A DNA stretch of 64,000 bases from a virus. The stretch covers positions 96,001 through 160,000 of IMG/VR virus record IMGVR_UViG_3300032308_002246; one strand, given 5' to 3'. A program made the translations under genes and the position numbers. Below the pieces are notes generated by a model. It saw nothing but the letters and a program-made list of their open reading frames with translations. It was not told where the DNA came from and made no database searches. Shown one piece after another: positions 17,701-26,955 of this stretch; the stretch's first letter is position 1, and the number at the start of each line of letters is the position of its first letter.

Positions 17701-19121
17701 AATCAAGAGCTGAAATATTCAAACTAGCCAAGGAAACAGGCGTTAATCTTTTTGATGCTACGAAGAGTTTAACTCAGAATTTTTCTGACCTTGGACTATC
17801 AATGAGAAAAACTGCAGAAGATATAAAAAATGCCATGCAGGATATAAGAACTTCAGCTTTAAACGAGCTAGACAAAGTTCGAGCCAGACGTGAGTCTTTT
17901 GAAGCGCTGCAATCAAGCCAAAGAGATTTAGCAGAGCTTGGAGCTGGGGCAACACAAGATGATTTTGCAAACTACCAAAGAACAATGTCTGATTTTGTTG
18001 CTGCTGCATTTCCAGACGACCCAGCAAAACAAATGGCGGTGTTTAGGGGTTTTGCAAGTGGCTCCATGTTTACTGACCCGAGCTCTCCATTTTTTGGTAA
18101 TAAAGGTTTAGAAACAGCATTCAACAGAACTCAAGACATTGGTGGTGGTTTGATGATTAGCGGCAGAAGCGCTGCTCAAGCTGCCGCAAATACGGCATAC
18201 CAGGGATACGCTTCGAAAATTGCTACTCCGGGTATAAGCGGAATGTTAAATCTTAGTGGAGCTCAGTTTGCCAGAGGAGATGTTGCTGGCAATGTTATAA
18301 ATGAAAGAATTGCAGCTGCAATATCTGGTGGAACATTTAACCAAACAGGTTTTGAAGAATTCTTAAAAACTGGGGATATGACAAATATTACCAACTCCGC
18401 AGAAATAATGAAATTGTTAGAAGGTTTTGGTGTTCAGTTTCAGGCAGGAGACGCAACTGCTCTTCAAACTCAAAACAACCTAGAAGCAGCAATACTTGCT
18501 GGAAGCCTCGATAAAGTAGCAACAGAGCTACATCAACAGTTTCTTGATGCTATAGAAACAGGTTTTGACTCAACTCCAGAGTGGTGGGAAACACAACCAA
18601 AGTGGTGGACTGAAATGCTTGCTGCTGGATTTGTTGGTGGTGACACAACTAGTTCAAGACGTGGCATGATTGGGGATACATCTACATCTAGAACCCTTGG
18701 AAGGACTCTTTCAGCGCATTCACGTTTTGATTCAGCTTTAACTGGTTCAAGAAAAATAACAAGTGCTTTTAGAACATTCGGTCTTGGTTCACCAAGCTCG
18801 GACCATGCTGCCGGAAGAGCGTATGACCTAACTGGACAGAATCTTGGACAATATGCGAAGATGATTTCTGACTCTGGAGGATTTGCAGAGTTTCACGGTT
18901 CTGCCAGTTCTAGACACCTCCATGTTGTTCCACCACTTGGCGATACTAGCGTTACAAGGGTTTCTTCAGGTAAGGGTTCCTCTTCAAGTGGTGGGGGAGT
19001 GGCATTAGCTCCTGTGACAGTAAATGTTTATGGAGCTGAAAATCAGTCTCCACAAGACATCGCTAGACAGGTAATTCAGGAAATTGAAAGAGCACAAAGA
19101 AATTGGAGAGAAAGGTACTAG
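14742..19121 (+). CDS. Tape measure protein with C-terminal M15-like Zn peptidase motif
   Basis: 1459 aa, Ala/Gly-rich and helical, follows the chaperones; ITSAFR...SDHAAGRAYD...HLHV near the C-terminus. Confidence 0.9.
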   Translation: MADARATIKINVITDKKDFASAIAQMNGLNSALGNGSTNSNKFTQSLNKTTTSFKSYSGGAMGAVKATRGFNNQTLTSQKLIGALNKSMRAIFWIVIALGIEFAITAATLASVNAAFTVGRMAVKAYHVSLGLLAGALASVTAAIGVGLAAFQEYTAAMTAFSYKGVNELGDGMEQSSSAMRNFAKDTSLATMGVVALTQAYSTMAKQAPVSAAQRKALAGALDFTTTAEDPKKAFQSLSQFIGLVTKAKKVDSKATRAAQSVSPEFAKAVAGQKDKSAGAILASLSSGQLATSAGVSGNYKMQQTLVGQFQSFLTDLVVQLTDFGRKLLEPAKDVLDSFYKNFRNAFRRTEGIISGFATGTMMPGLITIGNTIEEFSVKLLRDYLPKISGGADWLRKTFSDLKASFAQFVNSLDKFRAGSKIITDTFGEPLLALFKGFGRNAEQLGYLAEDNEEAFLKWGKALEGLVFSIFDFFAAMKVAFTEALPVLTQIVNGLASLIRGLSAVISLTGTLGGGGGNSGTVNAGMGPVLSAALTMGLMYGGFKGRRRFGRGGGIGTKTGPSTASKYGYQQAAMNQPLSQALFGQLGFGGVIGRTGSAISGGRSFGSKISGGFTAMLGGNSRSVANQGAIAANTMYRQQTGRNATSGLTIPKIGDFDPYTGKTITSAKDLADARRARRSLNRLTYRDLLKTARTGDARNLSTSAAGSGFAKTTVGRTNPLTGATMNARQAAMFGIRSKVGGAMTGRVEAMQAGLRGSFTPGLGMAGSLITASGVTSRIGNETARSAVDMGLAGSYFGKRGAIVGAGLGVMSKTTNYLAGSIAGGATGAQIAGVITAGLPPQAQAIGKALGFAIGTAVGIFTVRARRTKIAKGVADAMVQQTGARSIEALLKSPILSTVSATAQITKDTKIYDKAIAMSRGGTSDSAVRDYLLSTGTITQQQAQAIDMNDGGFIDQLESNNLALKMQGESYKKFENNINALTLSTGKSRAEIFKLAKETGVNLFDATKSLTQNFSDLGLSMRKTAEDIKNAMQDIRTSALNELDKVRARRESFEALQSSQRDLAELGAGATQDDFANYQRTMSDFVAAAFPDDPAKQMAVFRGFASGSMFTDPSSPFFGNKGLETAFNRTQDIGGGLMISGRSAAQAAANTAYQGYASKIATPGISGMLNLSGAQFARGDVAGNVINERIAAAISGGTFNQTGFEEFLKTGDMTNITNSAEIMKLLEGFGVQFQAGDATALQTQNNLEAAILAGSLDKVATELHQQFLDAIETGFDSTPEWWETQPKWWTEMLAAGFVGGDTTSSRRGMIGDTSTSRTLGRTLSAHSRFDSALTGSRKITSAFRTFGLGSPSSDHAAGRAYDLTGQNLGQYAKMISDSGGFAEFHGSASSRHLHVVPPLGDTSVTRVSSGKGSSSSGGGVALAPVTVNVYGAENQSPQDIARQVIQEIERAQRNWRERY

Positions 19122-19123
19122 TT

Positions 19124-20380
19124 ATGGCCATCTCTAGAATAAGGCGCTCAACTACCACATCAATAAAAGTTGGAGAGAGAACACCAGTTACAACTGTTTC
19201 CACTGGGACCCTAATACGCTCGATGCAACAAATAAATTTGGGCACCGACACACCACTTCAATACGAGTTTCATTTTGGAATATCAACATTTACTCACGAT
19301 TCAAGTGGCGTTCTTTATACAGAAATTCCAAGGCCATTAAATCTTCCATTAGTTGATGCAACTTCGCAAAAACTTGAAAGATGCAGTTTTGAGTTTTTAA
19401 TAGCAGTTCCATACGATTCACTTGGCAGTTCAATTGATTCGCATATAACACTTTTGCAAGATTTTGCAAATGAAGCACGTCCGGTTCAGTTTTATAATGT
19501 GCATTCTGCTTTGGCCACAAAAACATGGAATATAGATTCGATTACATTTCAAGTAACTAGGGTAAACGAGTCTGGAAAAGCAACCGCAGTTACTTGCAAT
19601 ATGTCATTGGTTGAGTCAATTGCAAGGACCGAAAGATTTATACAACTGCCTAAATTTACATACACAATACCCAAGGGTGTTGGTTTAAGTGGCACTACAG
19701 GAACTGGACCAACTGGAGACAAAACACCACCAGACGGAACAACTAATAGCATAATTAGAATACAAGGAACAAGCGCTGGTATTACAGTTGCAACCACAGC
19801 AACCAACCATGGTTTAAAAAGCGGCACATATGTGAAGATAACAATGATGCAATCGCTTTCGCCATCAATACTTGCGCTAAATGCTGGTGGAGCACCGGTG
19901 CAGATAACCGTAAGTTCAGTGACTCCAACAAAATTTACCTATCGCAGTCCTGGTGGTGGATTTTTAGATGATACAGAAATTGCTGCTGGAGATGCAACAT
20001 ACACTGTTACTTCAGCAGTAGCTTCGTCTAGTGCATGGGTTTTTAGTGCACCTGCAAGCTCATATCAAAATACTGGGAATACCGCTGCATCAACAACAAA
20101 AACTACAAATACAGCAAGTACGACAAAAAAAACAGACGTAGTTGTTACTCTTGACGCAGAAATACTAGCTTACGACGGCGTTGGACCATTAACCAAAGAC
20201 CAAGTTGCCAAATACCTGTATGGTCTAAAATCTAGCAATCAAGATTTGTACAATAGGGAGATAGGCAAAACTGATTCAGCTGCTTATCAAAAAGCAGTAT
20301 CATACTTAACAAAATTGTGGACAGAATACGGTCAAGACATAAGAAAAGTAACACTTCAAGAAATAGTTCAGAATATCTGA
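19124..20380 (+). CDS. Baseplate / tube-initiator-type tail protein
   Basis: First gene after the tape measure; Thr-rich with an inserted HGL beta domain; ATG at 19124 preferred. Confidence 0.6.
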   Translation: MAISRIRRSTTTSIKVGERTPVTTVSTGTLIRSMQQINLGTDTPLQYEFHFGISTFTHDSSGVLYTEIPRPLNLPLVDATSQKLERCSFEFLIAVPYDSLGSSIDSHITLLQDFANEARPVQFYNVHSALATKTWNIDSITFQVTRVNESGKATAVTCNMSLVESIARTERFIQLPKFTYTIPKGVGLSGTTGTGPTGDKTPPDGTTNSIIRIQGTSAGITVATTATNHGLKSGTYVKITMMQSLSPSILALNAGGAPVQITVSSVTPTKFTYRSPGGGFLDDTEIAAGDATYTVTSAVASSSAWVFSAPASSYQNTGNTAASTTKTTNTASTTKKTDVVVTLDAEILAYDGVGPLTKDQVAKYLYGLKSSNQDLYNREIGKTDSAAYQKAVSYLTKLWTEYGQDIRKVTLQEIVQNI

Positions 20381-20386
20381 TAGCAA

Positions 20387-21886
20387 ATGGCACAATCAAT
20401 TTATGAAGGATATCCTTCCGAACCAGAACCAATCATCGCTGGAAATATAAATGTACTTGCTAGGCCCCAGATTAGAACACGAAAAAAAACTGATGGCTCA
20501 ATCGTAATTGACCCAGCTGGTCCAGATGTTTCAACTCTAATTACAGCTACTTTAACAAAAAGAATAAACGGCGAACTTCGTGATATAAATTTACCATTAT
20601 TGAGTTCAGACGGCAGGACTGTTTACACAGAAGCTCAAGCTTGGGCTCAGTATCAAAAAGATGGCCTTCATTTGGGCATATTTGAAAAAGTAAAAAAACA
20701 GTATAAATCATCAAACGGAGTATTTGAATCAAAACTCATCGCTGTCATAGCTGCCGAAAAGCTTTCAGAATTAGAACAGGCAAGAGTAAATGCCTTAATC
20801 AAATTAAATTCATCTGCATATAATGGAAATGATTATGCAATATCAGATAGAACAGATATACAAGAAATACTATCAATATTCAACATAACTGGACTTAGGC
20901 AAAGTGAATCAGAAACTCTTGCTAGAAGAATGACATCACTGACAGTAAGTTATTCATCCAATGCATCAACCGAGGTTTCAGTTCAATATTTAGACACAAA
21001 CTACAGTATTTTAGAAAATAGATATTTTGACTTAAGAAGAGATGTCCTCTATCGAGGCAGGTCATACGAGGTTGGCGAGGTTTCAACTTCTCCTGGCTCT
21101 GGCGGGTCACCTGTTGTAAGCATTAGGTGTTGGCCAAAAAATGTTCAGCTGATGAAAAGAGATAAAAAACCTGAACTTATTGCTGGAACAAATGGTTTTG
21201 AATACGCTCAATCTGTTGCAAGACGTTACAGCATGCCTTTTATTGGCCAAAAAACGGGAAAACAACAAGCACTTTTTAAGGCAAGGACATCAAGCGGTGC
21301 AGACAGTTCGGTGTGGAATGTTCTGGGCGAGGCAGCTGGACAAAACCAGTATCAATTATTTGAAGTAGATGGGCAGCTAATTTACGGTTCTCTCCAATGG
21401 ATGCTTTGGAAGTTTGGATTATCTTCAAAACTATCGCCAAAGGGAACAACACAAAAATATATTGATTTGGTCTACAACCCGAATCTACCAAATAACGGTG
21501 CCGTTGATACTGAAGTGGAAACAACAATATATTCATATTCGCCAACCGGCGGCGGCCCGTCATCAATGGTTTATGACGATACTGGAATAGTGGCAGAAAA
21601 GTTAATTACAAAAGTAGAGTCAAAAGCTTTTGAGCTGACAACATGGCCAGAAATAAGAAGGTCAGAAAATGATGGCCTAGAGGGGGATGGTACGGCTACG
21701 TTAAAATCTCCAAATGGAAGATTGATACGACCAGGGCACACTGTTTTCTTTTCGGGAATGCCAGAGTTTTTTAGAGGTGGATATATAGTAAGCGGTGTTT
21801 CATTTTCTGAATTTGATTCTCAACCAGTGCAGATAAATTTTAACACTCCACAAAAACCAAAAGACCAGAAAAAACCAACAGAGTAG
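20387..21886 (+). CDS. Baseplate hub protein (gpD / Mu gp44-like)
   Basis: Position; C-terminal IRPGHTVFFSGMPEFFRGGYIVSGVS pattern typical of hub proteins. Confidence 0.6.
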   Translation: MAQSIYEGYPSEPEPIIAGNINVLARPQIRTRKKTDGSIVIDPAGPDVSTLITATLTKRINGELRDINLPLLSSDGRTVYTEAQAWAQYQKDGLHLGIFEKVKKQYKSSNGVFESKLIAVIAAEKLSELEQARVNALIKLNSSAYNGNDYAISDRTDIQEILSIFNITGLRQSESETLARRMTSLTVSYSSNASTEVSVQYLDTNYSILENRYFDLRRDVLYRGRSYEVGEVSTSPGSGGSPVVSIRCWPKNVQLMKRDKKPELIAGTNGFEYAQSVARRYSMPFIGQKTGKQQALFKARTSSGADSSVWNVLGEAAGQNQYQLFEVDGQLIYGSLQWMLWKFGLSSKLSPKGTTQKYIDLVYNPNLPNNGAVDTEVETTIYSYSPTGGGPSSMVYDDTGIVAEKLITKVESKAFELTTWPEIRRSENDGLEGDGTATLKSPNGRLIRPGHTVFFSGMPEFFRGGYIVSGVSFSEFDSQPVQINFNTPQKPKDQKKPTE

Positions 21887-21891
21887 GAAAA

Positions 21892-22272
21892 ATGTTAGTA
21901 CCTTCAACTCCAAGATACTCAGTATCAAACTCTTCTAAAGCAAGCAGTTCTCCATTAATTCCAAATAGCGTTTTTGTTGGTCGGGTTGTTAGAATAAGTG
22001 GAGGAGTTTTTGTAAACGTTCCAAAGCTTGCACAGAACCAGATATTCGGTCCATGTAAAGTTTTTTCAAAATACCCGTCAATTGGCGACAGTGTTTTGGT
22101 GGGTTTTCTTGATGGGGCCAAAACAGAACTTGCAGTTTTTGGTGCTCAGTCAACAAATAAAAGGATTTCCGGCATTGACGACCCAGTATTAGCATCAGAT
22201 GCTGCAACAAAAAAATATGTTGATGACGAAATACTTGAGCTAAAAGCCTGGGTTCAAGCAAACTTTGATTAA
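21892..22272 (+). CDS. Putative baseplate spike / OB-fold protein
   Basis: FVGRVV...PSIGDSVLVGFLDG gpV-like N-terminus; DAATKKYVD trimer motif. Confidence 0.6.
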   Translation: MLVPSTPRYSVSNSSKASSSPLIPNSVFVGRVVRISGGVFVNVPKLAQNQIFGPCKVFSKYPSIGDSVLVGFLDGAKTELAVFGAQSTNKRISGIDDPVLASDAATKKYVDDEILELKAWVQANFD

Positions 22273-22290
22273 GAATGAGAGAATGTATAT

Positions 22291-22587
22291 ATGCCTTTGC
22301 TAAAATTTCCACTTACATTTGACCAGTCCGGTACAGCTGAGTTAATTGAAGACGGCGACACCGCACAATACGACCAGGTTATAGCGCTTACAATGCGTAC
22401 TATCCCAGGTGAACACCCGCTTGAGCCTGCATATGGGACAATTGACCCAACATTTGAAGCCGGTGAACCGCAGGGTTTTAGACAGTCAATTAATTCTTTT
22501 TGGCCCGAAATAATAGTTACGTCAATTGATAGAGGAAGACCAGATTCAAATGGTACAGATAGAATAAATGTCTCTTATGAATTGTAG
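22291..22587 (+). CDS. Baseplate wedge protein (gp25/gpW-like)
   Basis: TIPGEHPLEPAYG motif, 98 aa, precedes the J-like gene. Confidence 0.8.
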   Translation: MPLLKFPLTFDQSGTAELIEDGDTAQYDQVIALTMRTIPGEHPLEPAYGTIDPTFEAGEPQGFRQSINSFWPEIIVTSIDRGRPDSNGTDRINVSYEL

Positions 22588-22592
22588 GGAAA

Positions 22593-24095
22593 ATGCCGTC
22601 GCCTGACTTTAGTACATACATTGATTTTTCTGGTTTTGACGAACAACCAGCTGCTGTTTATCAAGATGCTGTTGCGTATGCTCAAACAGCTTTGCCAGAA
22701 TTCAACCCACGGCCCGGCACGATAGAAGATGCAATTTTGCAGGCCGGAGCGTATGTTGGGGCATTGTCAATAGGCGCAATCAACAGACTCCCAAACGGTT
22801 TGGTTGAAGGCATTTTAAAAATTATGGGTGTTACCAGAATAGAGTCAACTGCTGGAACGGTTGATGTAGAAATTGAATTTTTTGATGCAGGGCAAACTGT
22901 AGATGCTGGAACACTTTTTGTTTACGATTATTTTGATGGCTCACAAGTAATACAATTGCCTTTTGTTTTGACTGATGCGGTAACGGCTGCTGAGGCTGAA
23001 ACAACAGTAACAACAACATTGACATCATTGATAAATGGTGTAATACCATCAATTGCTATAGGCACACAGTTCTTGCCCGCATCTCCTAGCTCTGTAATAT
23101 TTTCTTGCACTACGACATCTGTAGTTTCTCAAGGCGATTCAAGCGAAACAGAAACTCAGTTCCTAAATAGGGCAGCAACATATCTTCAGTCTTTGAGTTC
23201 AACACTCAATACAGCAACACAGATTGAAAACTATGTACTTTTAAATTATTCAAATGTAAAAAGATGCAAAGTTTACGACCTTGTTCGCCCAACCGCTTTT
23301 ACCGCAACATCTGGAAATGGTTACCACTTAGGCACTTCAGCAAGCGCATATGTAAACCCAGCTTTTGCTTCATCTGCTTCTGCTCATCCTGGTACTACAT
23401 ATAGGTTTATAACACCAGAGTTCTATGGAGATACAACATACTCCGACACATTCCCAAGCGGTGTTTACACGACTGTTTCTGACGGCTTAAGTCTAAATGC
23501 GGCACAGTCGCTATTAACATACACTGACAATGTTTCATCAACGGCTTCAGTTGGAGAATATGTTGATGTTGTGATGATGGACACGCTCTTGTCAAGCTAT
23601 ACGGAAAACAACGAAGAGCCTGGATATTTTGCAATTTTTGTAATTGGAGAAGATGGGCTTCCAGTCGGTAGAGAAACAAAAAATATAATCAAATCAGATA
23701 TTAAATCACGGGTTTCAGCTGGATTGATTTTTGATGTGATTGACGCATCCGTTTATTATTTAAATGTTAATGCGACTATTGCAGTAAGGGCTGGTTTTAA
23801 CTCAACGACAGTTTCTACGGATGTCAAAACAGAGATTGAATCTTTTATTTCTCCCAATCAATGGCCTCAATTTGATTCATCCTTAAGAATATTTGACTTA
23901 GTTGGTCGAATACTTTCTGTTGAGGGTGTTCAGTATGTTTCGGCAATTAGTACATCAATTCCAGACTATCCAGATGTGCCGTATGGAAATAATTTATTGG
24001 TTCAAGAAATAACAACCGGGGCAACAGTTACATCCTATGAATCCTTATACGTCGGAACCCTGCCTCAAGCAGTTGTGGAAATTATTGTTTTGTAA
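22593..24095 (+). CDS. Baseplate J-like protein
   Basis: ALPEFNPRPGTIEDAIL...INRLP...GDSSETETQFLNR...ILSVEGVQYV. Confidence 0.82.
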   Translation: MPSPDFSTYIDFSGFDEQPAAVYQDAVAYAQTALPEFNPRPGTIEDAILQAGAYVGALSIGAINRLPNGLVEGILKIMGVTRIESTAGTVDVEIEFFDAGQTVDAGTLFVYDYFDGSQVIQLPFVLTDAVTAAEAETTVTTTLTSLINGVIPSIAIGTQFLPASPSSVIFSCTTTSVVSQGDSSETETQFLNRAATYLQSLSSTLNTATQIENYVLLNYSNVKRCKVYDLVRPTAFTATSGNGYHLGTSASAYVNPAFASSASAHPGTTYRFITPEFYGDTTYSDTFPSGVYTTVSDGLSLNAAQSLLTYTDNVSSTASVGEYVDVVMMDTLLSSYTENNEEPGYFAIFVIGEDGLPVGRETKNIIKSDIKSRVSAGLIFDVIDASVYYLNVNATIAVRAGFNSTTVSTDVKTEIESFISPNQWPQFDSSLRIFDLVGRILSVEGVQYVSAISTSIPDYPDVPYGNNLLVQEITTGATVTSYESLYVGTLPQAVVEIIVL

Positions 24096-25336
24096 TGGCT
24101 TCAGTTTTTAATCGCCTAACTGGTTCTGCTTCAACCCTTTCCTCACTTGGTGGTTCTGAAGAGTGGTATGTTTCCGGTGCGTCATACACAAACTTGTTGA
24201 ATTCAGATATACGAGTTGGAAGTGAATTTAAACAAGTTGAACTAACCCCAACCGCAAGCGCATGCTATTTACGAATTGACTCGGTAAACATGGATGCTTC
24301 CGACTATCAGTACGCTGCCCAAATGACTTTTGGCGTCAACATGCCAGCTGGTGGAGAAATCAATGTAAAAATATTTGATGATGGAAGTCAAATAGAATCT
24401 TATGGTTTAACGAATTTTACAATCCCGCCAACAACAAGCTCCCTTTATTCAAGTTCTCTCCAAAATCCAGCTTGGCGGGTATACAGAACAAACGAAATGT
24501 ATGTTCCAAGCTACAACGGAGCACATCCAGTAGTTTCAATTGAGATTGAATTCATTCCAGATAATCAATCAGACAAGATATATTTTACAAGTCCGATTCT
24601 TTGCAGCTCTACTGATGCTGCAAGATTTGGAGAAGCATTGCTTCAGATGGTCAGGCATATTCCTGTTGAATACCTTGACACAGGAGACATTCAGCAAAAT
24701 CCCGATTATGCTCTGCAACGTTTTGTTGATGTTGCTTTTGAGGGTCTTGATAGAGCCCTTAAGCAGTCTTTTTCTTTTCAACACTACGACATCTCTGAGG
24801 GCTACGACGAAAACGACATCCGGACAAAAAGTTATCTTGTCAATCCAGATGTAGCAGATACAGACGAATTAAAGTGGCTTGCTCAATTCGCCGGCACTGA
24901 ACCAATTTCAAAACTTGAATCAAGCGCTGACCCATCTGACCCATTTATTCTTGGAGAGACTGAGGGAGATGGATTTAGTACTCTTAACGGTGGAGACGCT
25001 TTGAGATTCACCACATCAGCTCTTCTTGAGCCACCCTCAAATACCGCTGAACTACAAAAAGAGTTTTTGCAATGGCAAGCAACAAATGGGTATTACGGAA
25101 TTAACGCAGGTTCGATTACAGCTGTTGAAGAAGCGGTAAAAAGATTGATGATTGGAGAGCAACAGGTATCAATAACCCTCCAGCATGACGGCCCTTTTAC
25201 CGTTTTGATAGAGACCCCATGGGAGCAAACATACGGAGCTTCCGAGGAAAAAGTTGGAGAATCGCTGAGCGTTGTTGAGGAAGCAATTTCTTATGCAAAG
25301 CCAATCGGGGTAAAAGTAACACATGTATTAACATAG
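24095..25336 (+). CDS. Baseplate wedge / tail protein I-like
   Basis: LKWLAQFAG...GSITAVEEAVK...AKPIGVKV, following the J-like gene. Confidence 0.72.
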   Translation: MASVFNRLTGSASTLSSLGGSEEWYVSGASYTNLLNSDIRVGSEFKQVELTPTASACYLRIDSVNMDASDYQYAAQMTFGVNMPAGGEINVKIFDDGSQIESYGLTNFTIPPTTSSLYSSSLQNPAWRVYRTNEMYVPSYNGAHPVVSIEIEFIPDNQSDKIYFTSPILCSSTDAARFGEALLQMVRHIPVEYLDTGDIQQNPDYALQRFVDVAFEGLDRALKQSFSFQHYDISEGYDENDIRTKSYLVNPDVADTDELKWLAQFAGTEPISKLESSADPSDPFILGETEGDGFSTLNGGDALRFTTSALLEPPSNTAELQKEFLQWQATNGYYGINAGSITAVEEAVKRLMIGEQQVSITLQHDGPFTVLIETPWEQTYGASEEKVGESLSVVEEAISYAKPIGVKVTHVLT

Positions 25337-25343
25337 GGGGCAC

Positions 25344-25598
25344 ATGGAAGAAGATGACAAGAAAAACATGAAGTACGACTTTGATTCTTTTGTTCGTGAC
25401 TCTCTTCCCAACAAGCTCGTATCCAATTTTATAATTGTTGCCGAAATAGTAAATGAAGCCGGAACGGAACTTTCAATATCTTGCTCGACTTCAATGACCC
25501 CATGGCTTGCTTCTGGCATGCTCAGGTCAGCCGAGGACATGATATTAAGCGGTGAAAACAGCTTTATGGATGAAGGCTTTAGTGAAGAAGAAGAGTAG
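25344..25598 (+). CDS. Hypothetical acidic protein
   Basis: SD GGGGG; 84 aa. Confidence 0.65.
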   Translation: MEEDDKKNMKYDFDSFVRDSLPNKLVSNFIIVAEIVNEAGTELSISCSTSMTPWLASGMLRSAEDMILSGENSFMDEGFSEEEE

Positions 25599-25663
25599 GT
25601 CTAGTCGCCTAAAAAGTGCGATTGTTAATCTAAACTCTTAATAGTAAATAATTGGAGTACAAA

Positions 25664-26080
25664 ATGTCAATGGTTGCAGGAAGATACAATATAACTTGTC
25701 AGCAGGGTTCTACTTTTGACATGCAGCTGACCCTTCAGTACACAAATCCCGACTATCCAGCTGAGTGCGCTGATGTCAATGTTTGCCCAGAGTTTCTTGT
25801 TTGGGACCTAACCGGATATACAGCAAGAATGCAGGTAAGAAAGTACATTGATTCTGCAACTGCAATAGCCACACTGAATACGGAAAACCTCTCTAGTTTT
25901 AGAATTACTCTTGGTAATCCAGACCCAGAAGATGGGACTATTTCTCTTTTTATGCGCGCCGAAGACACCAGAGCGATAACCACATCTGGGGTTTATGACA
26001 TTGAAATAATTGCGCCAAATAACGAAGTTGACAGAATACTCCAAGGCGAATTTATTCTTTCACCAGAGGTAACGCGATGA
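25664..26080 (+). CDS. Virion structural protein (Ig-like adaptor)
   Basis: YNITCQQGSTF...DLTGYTARMQVR...GVYDIEI...RILQGEFILSPEVTR, a recurrent phage structural family. Confidence 0.7.
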   Translation: MSMVAGRYNITCQQGSTFDMQLTLQYTNPDYPAECADVNVCPEFLVWDLTGYTARMQVRKYIDSATAIATLNTENLSSFRITLGNPDPEDGTISLFMRAEDTRAITTSGVYDIEIIAPNNEVDRILQGEFILSPEVTR

Positions 26081-26511
26081 CCGAAAATGTAGTCCAAGTA
26101 ATAACTACGGAGACCCCCAACAGGGTTCTTATCACCACAACTCGTGCACCAGCTGTACAACAGTTCACCTACCAAGTCCAGGTTTTTACCGTTCCAGGAA
26201 CCCTAAGCGTAGGAACCGGAAGGGCAAAGTTCTATATTCCAGGCCCAATAACACTCGGAAATGTCAGAGCTTCTGTGGGCACAGCCCCAACAGGTGCAGA
26301 CATAACTATAGATGTAAACAAAAACGGAACTACCGTTTTTACAACGCAAACAAACAGGCCAAAAATTTTTGCTGGCCAAACTCTCGTGTCAACATCTACG
26401 CCAAATATTACAGAATTCACTACCGGTGATTTTATAACAGTTGACATTGACTCAATAGGTTCTCTTAACCCTGGGAGCGACCTAACAGTTCAAATAGAAT
26501 TTACTCCTTAG
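26077..26511 (+). CDS. Virion structural protein
   Basis: VRASVGTAPTGADITIDVNKNGTTVF...GDFITVDIDSIGS...GSDLTV beta-sandwich typical of fibre-associated domains. Confidence 0.65.
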   Translation: MTENVVQVITTETPNRVLITTTRAPAVQQFTYQVQVFTVPGTLSVGTGRAKFYIPGPITLGNVRASVGTAPTGADITIDVNKNGTTVFTTQTNRPKIFAGQTLVSTSTPNITEFTTGDFITVDIDSIGSLNPGSDLTVQIEFTP

Positions 26512-26564
26512 GTGTATTCTAGTATCAAGCGGTATTAACCGGTCCCTAGCACAAAGGTGTCATC

Positions 26565-26933
26565 ATGACAATTTCAAATTACTTAGAAGACAAACTACTC
26601 GACACCTTGCGTGGTTCGGGTTTAGCTTACTCGTCTGATTCTACTTGGCTCAAGCTTCATATCGGAGACCCGGGCGAAGATGGTACTGGCAACCCAGCAA
26701 CAGAGGCAACTCGTAAGGCTGTTTATTTTTCTGCTGCTTCAACAGGTTCAATGAGTTCTTCAGCAATAGTTGAATGGACTCTTGTTGCTGCAACAGAAAC
26801 CTACTCACATTGGTCAATGTGGGATGACGAAACAGCAGGAGACTGCCTCTGGTACGGTTCTCTTTCTGCAAGCGCTTCTGTTACCGCAGGCGACACTTTC
26901 GAGATTACTTCTCTTACACTGACACTCGACTAA
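26565..26933 (+). CDS. Tail-fibre-associated small structural protein
   Basis: ISNYLEDKLLD...LHIGDPGEDGT...THWSMWD-like...GDCLWYGSL...VTAGDTF family pattern. Confidence 0.7.
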   Translation: MTISNYLEDKLLDTLRGSGLAYSSDSTWLKLHIGDPGEDGTGNPATEATRKAVYFSAASTGSMSSSAIVEWTLVAATETYSHWSMWDDETAGDCLWYGSLSASASVTAGDTFEITSLTLTLD

Positions 26934-26955
26934 TCCACAAGGGGAGTGACCCCTC

